58,272 bases of DNA from Bacteroidales bacterium. GTDB taxonomy: Bacteria; Bacteroidota; Bacteroidia; Bacteroidales; JAIPAH01. Where the stretch lies: contig JAIPAH010000002.1 in NCBI GenBank assembly GCA_021740175.1, forward strand, positions 1 to 58,272, given 5' to 3'. Positions within the stretch are counted from its first letter, which is position 1. Every line of letters starts with the position of its first letter. A program made the translations under genes and the position numbers. Below the pieces are notes generated by a model that was not told where the DNA came from, made no database searches, and saw only the letters and a list, made by a program, of their open reading frames with translations. Below, one piece after another: positions 56,473-58,272 of this stretch.

Positions 56473-57546
56473 ATGGAGCAAAGAGAAATATTAAATATAA
56501 AAGATAACCTTAGAGCGAGATTAAACACTAAATACCCATCTTTTGATAAGGAATGGGAGTCGGTTGTAACAACATTGGGAAATGACTTTGTTTCATCTGT
56601 AAAACAAATTCTACAGGATGAATTAGTGAGATTTAAAGAAGTTTCCAAATTCCGCTTTTCTATTGTCATAGACAATAATTTTATTTTTGGTCAAATTAAG
56701 GCCGCAGTTACTAATCAAACTCCAATAAAAGAAACGTTTGTATACAATCTTCTAAATACGGACTATATAGATATTTATGCTCCTCCAAAATTGCAGGAAG
56801 AATTATTAGATAAAATTGAAAATATTATTATTAAAAATAAAGATTTAGCCAAGTACTACTCTAGCTTATTGCTTGATAAAATAATAATAAAAGATGCTTA
56901 TTGGATTGAAGAATGGAAAAAAGCAAATAACATTATAGGTCATATGGATAATGATGATGTGCCCTACCTAGCGTTGGCTCTTCATACTAAAAGTCATTCT
57001 ATTATTTCTTATGACAAGCATTTTAAAGCTCAAGAAAATTTAAAATGCTGGAATATACAAACAACTAACAATATCATTACTTCTTATAACACTGGATTTA
57101 TATCTTTTTGTATTCTCGGAGTAAGTATGAAAATCATAGAATATTTTTACAACATAATTACAATTGTTCTTAAAGTAATAGGAGATATTGTTATGGAATT
57201 GATTAGGGCTGTTGGTCTTTTAATTCAAGGCTCGTATGAGATGCTTAAAAAATTGCCTTCTTGGTTAATTATTAGCGTTTTGGCTATTGGAACTGGTGCA
57301 ATAATCTTCTCTGAAGATGTAAGAGCACGTGGAAATGAATTAATTAAAAAAATTCGCGGATCGGCTCAAATTATCCTGCAAGAAGTTAAAATTTTTATTT
57401 TAGAGATTATTAAATACCTACAAGAGTTTTGGGAGTTATTCAAACCTACTGGTATAACTGGTCTAGAGTTTTTTGGATATTTGGTAATGGAATATAGATT
57501 ATTAAAAAAGCAAGTTGAAGACCTTGATGATACAAGAGTTCAATAA
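56473..57546 (+). CDS. PIN-like domain protein fused to a C-terminal multi-TM region
   Basis: FSIVIDNNFIFG, DIYAPPKLQEEL, DDVPYLALAL and SYDKHF give a PIN-like acidic quartet. The C-terminal half has 3-4 hydrophobic helices. Confidence 0.5.
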   Translation: MEQREILNIKDNLRARLNTKYPSFDKEWESVVTTLGNDFVSSVKQILQDELVRFKEVSKFRFSIVIDNNFIFGQIKAAVTNQTPIKETFVYNLLNTDYIDIYAPPKLQEELLDKIENIIIKNKDLAKYYSSLLLDKIIIKDAYWIEEWKKANNIIGHMDNDDVPYLALALHTKSHSIISYDKHFKAQENLKCWNIQTTNNIITSYNTGFISFCILGVSMKIIEYFYNIITIVLKVIGDIVMELIRAVGLLIQGSYEMLKKLPSWLIISVLAIGTGAIIFSEDVRARGNELIKKIRGSAQIILQEVKIFILEIIKYLQEFWELFKPTGITGLEFFGYLVMEYRLLKKQVEDLDDTRVQ

Positions 57547-57637
57547 TAATACTCTTTAGAAAATAAGTGTAGCTTTTTGATAATTATAACTAAAGTTTTA
57601 AATGTCCGAGCTATGGGGATGCTTACAAAACGTACCC

Positions 57638-57940
<303 letters not shown>

Positions 57941-58188
57941 AACCTTATTCCCCGGTGTTCAACCTTAGTAACCTGCCATACCCCAAACCACCCACTAACC
58001 TTATTGATCCTGTAAACGGTAGCGTACTATACGAAAAGATCAATAAGATTGCATTTATTGGGCTGAATATCTGGCTACTAAGGTCAGGGAAATGAAAATA
58101 AGGTTTTATAAAAAATACGACCTACTTGCTTTCTTGTGGTTGCCTAAATATGTTGACCTAAATCGAGTTATAAATCAAAACAGTCAAC

Positions 58189-58272
58189 ATGGCAACGCGA
58201 GAGAATTATAAAAAATTAACCGAAAGGCAGCGTAGAAATCGTTATTTTAGTGAAGAATTTCGCCGGCAAAAA
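58189..58272 (+). CDS. Partial ORF, IS3-family orfA-like N-terminus (runs off the window)
   Basis: MATRENYKKLTERQRRNRYFSEEFRRQK. The ..YFSEEF(K/R)RQ.. pattern is typical of IS3/IS911-type transposase orfA N-termini. Only 28 codons are visible. Confidence 0.3.
   Translation, partial: MATRENYKKLTERQRRNRYFSEEFRRQK

Overview
AT-rich, Bacteroidota-like chromosomal window (many lipoproteins, a TonB-dependent receptor, 4-nt ATGA gene overlaps). No rRNA and no CRISPR array. Left of a tRNA-Pro(GGG) gene (37402-37476, minus) lies a visibly AT-richer defence island. Its core is a type 1 BREX operon on the minus strand (HTH-brxA-brxB-brxC-pglX-pglZ-brxL, 35699 down to 12635).

Main observations:
- pglX is split. 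A 10,233-bp integrated element (19863-30103) is bounded by the 8-bp direct repeat ATACTGAA. Removing it recreates an intact PglX of about 1146 aa (..FTPKWIVQY|LVDNTLGQLW..).
- The element carries a large serine recombinase, a short tyrosine recombinase, a Rep-like gene with six 21-22-bp iterons, an XRE regulator, phage-like genes and two lipoproteins. The serine recombinase ORF has no stop of its own and runs in frame across the junction into the pglX 3' part; it would end 13 codons past the joint only in the circular attP form.
- BrxL appears to lack the Lon protease domain and to end in a MIT_C/PLD-like domain.
- Directly abutting BREX is an uncharacterised four-gene cluster: TcmP plus a CX3CX3C radical-SAM-like protein, and a divergent methyltransferase with a long insert plus a STAS-like protein.

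Right of the tRNA the sequence is more GC-rich. It holds a B12-radical SAM gene, a TlpA-like redoxin, an OMF-MFP-RND efflux locus with odd heptamer repeats, and a TonB-dependent receptor.

A second defence-like patch follows: a HEPN/MNT pair bracketed by two copies of a roughly 115-bp structured repeat; three copies of the promoter and 5' end of a PD-(D/E)XK/DUF4268-type gene interleaved with Abi_2 and ORF6N genes; a PD-(D/E)XK plus PIN-membrane gene pair; a GIY-YIG-like pseudogene; and a partial IS3-like orfA at the window edge.

All family assignments come from motif recognition by eye and need profile searches to confirm.
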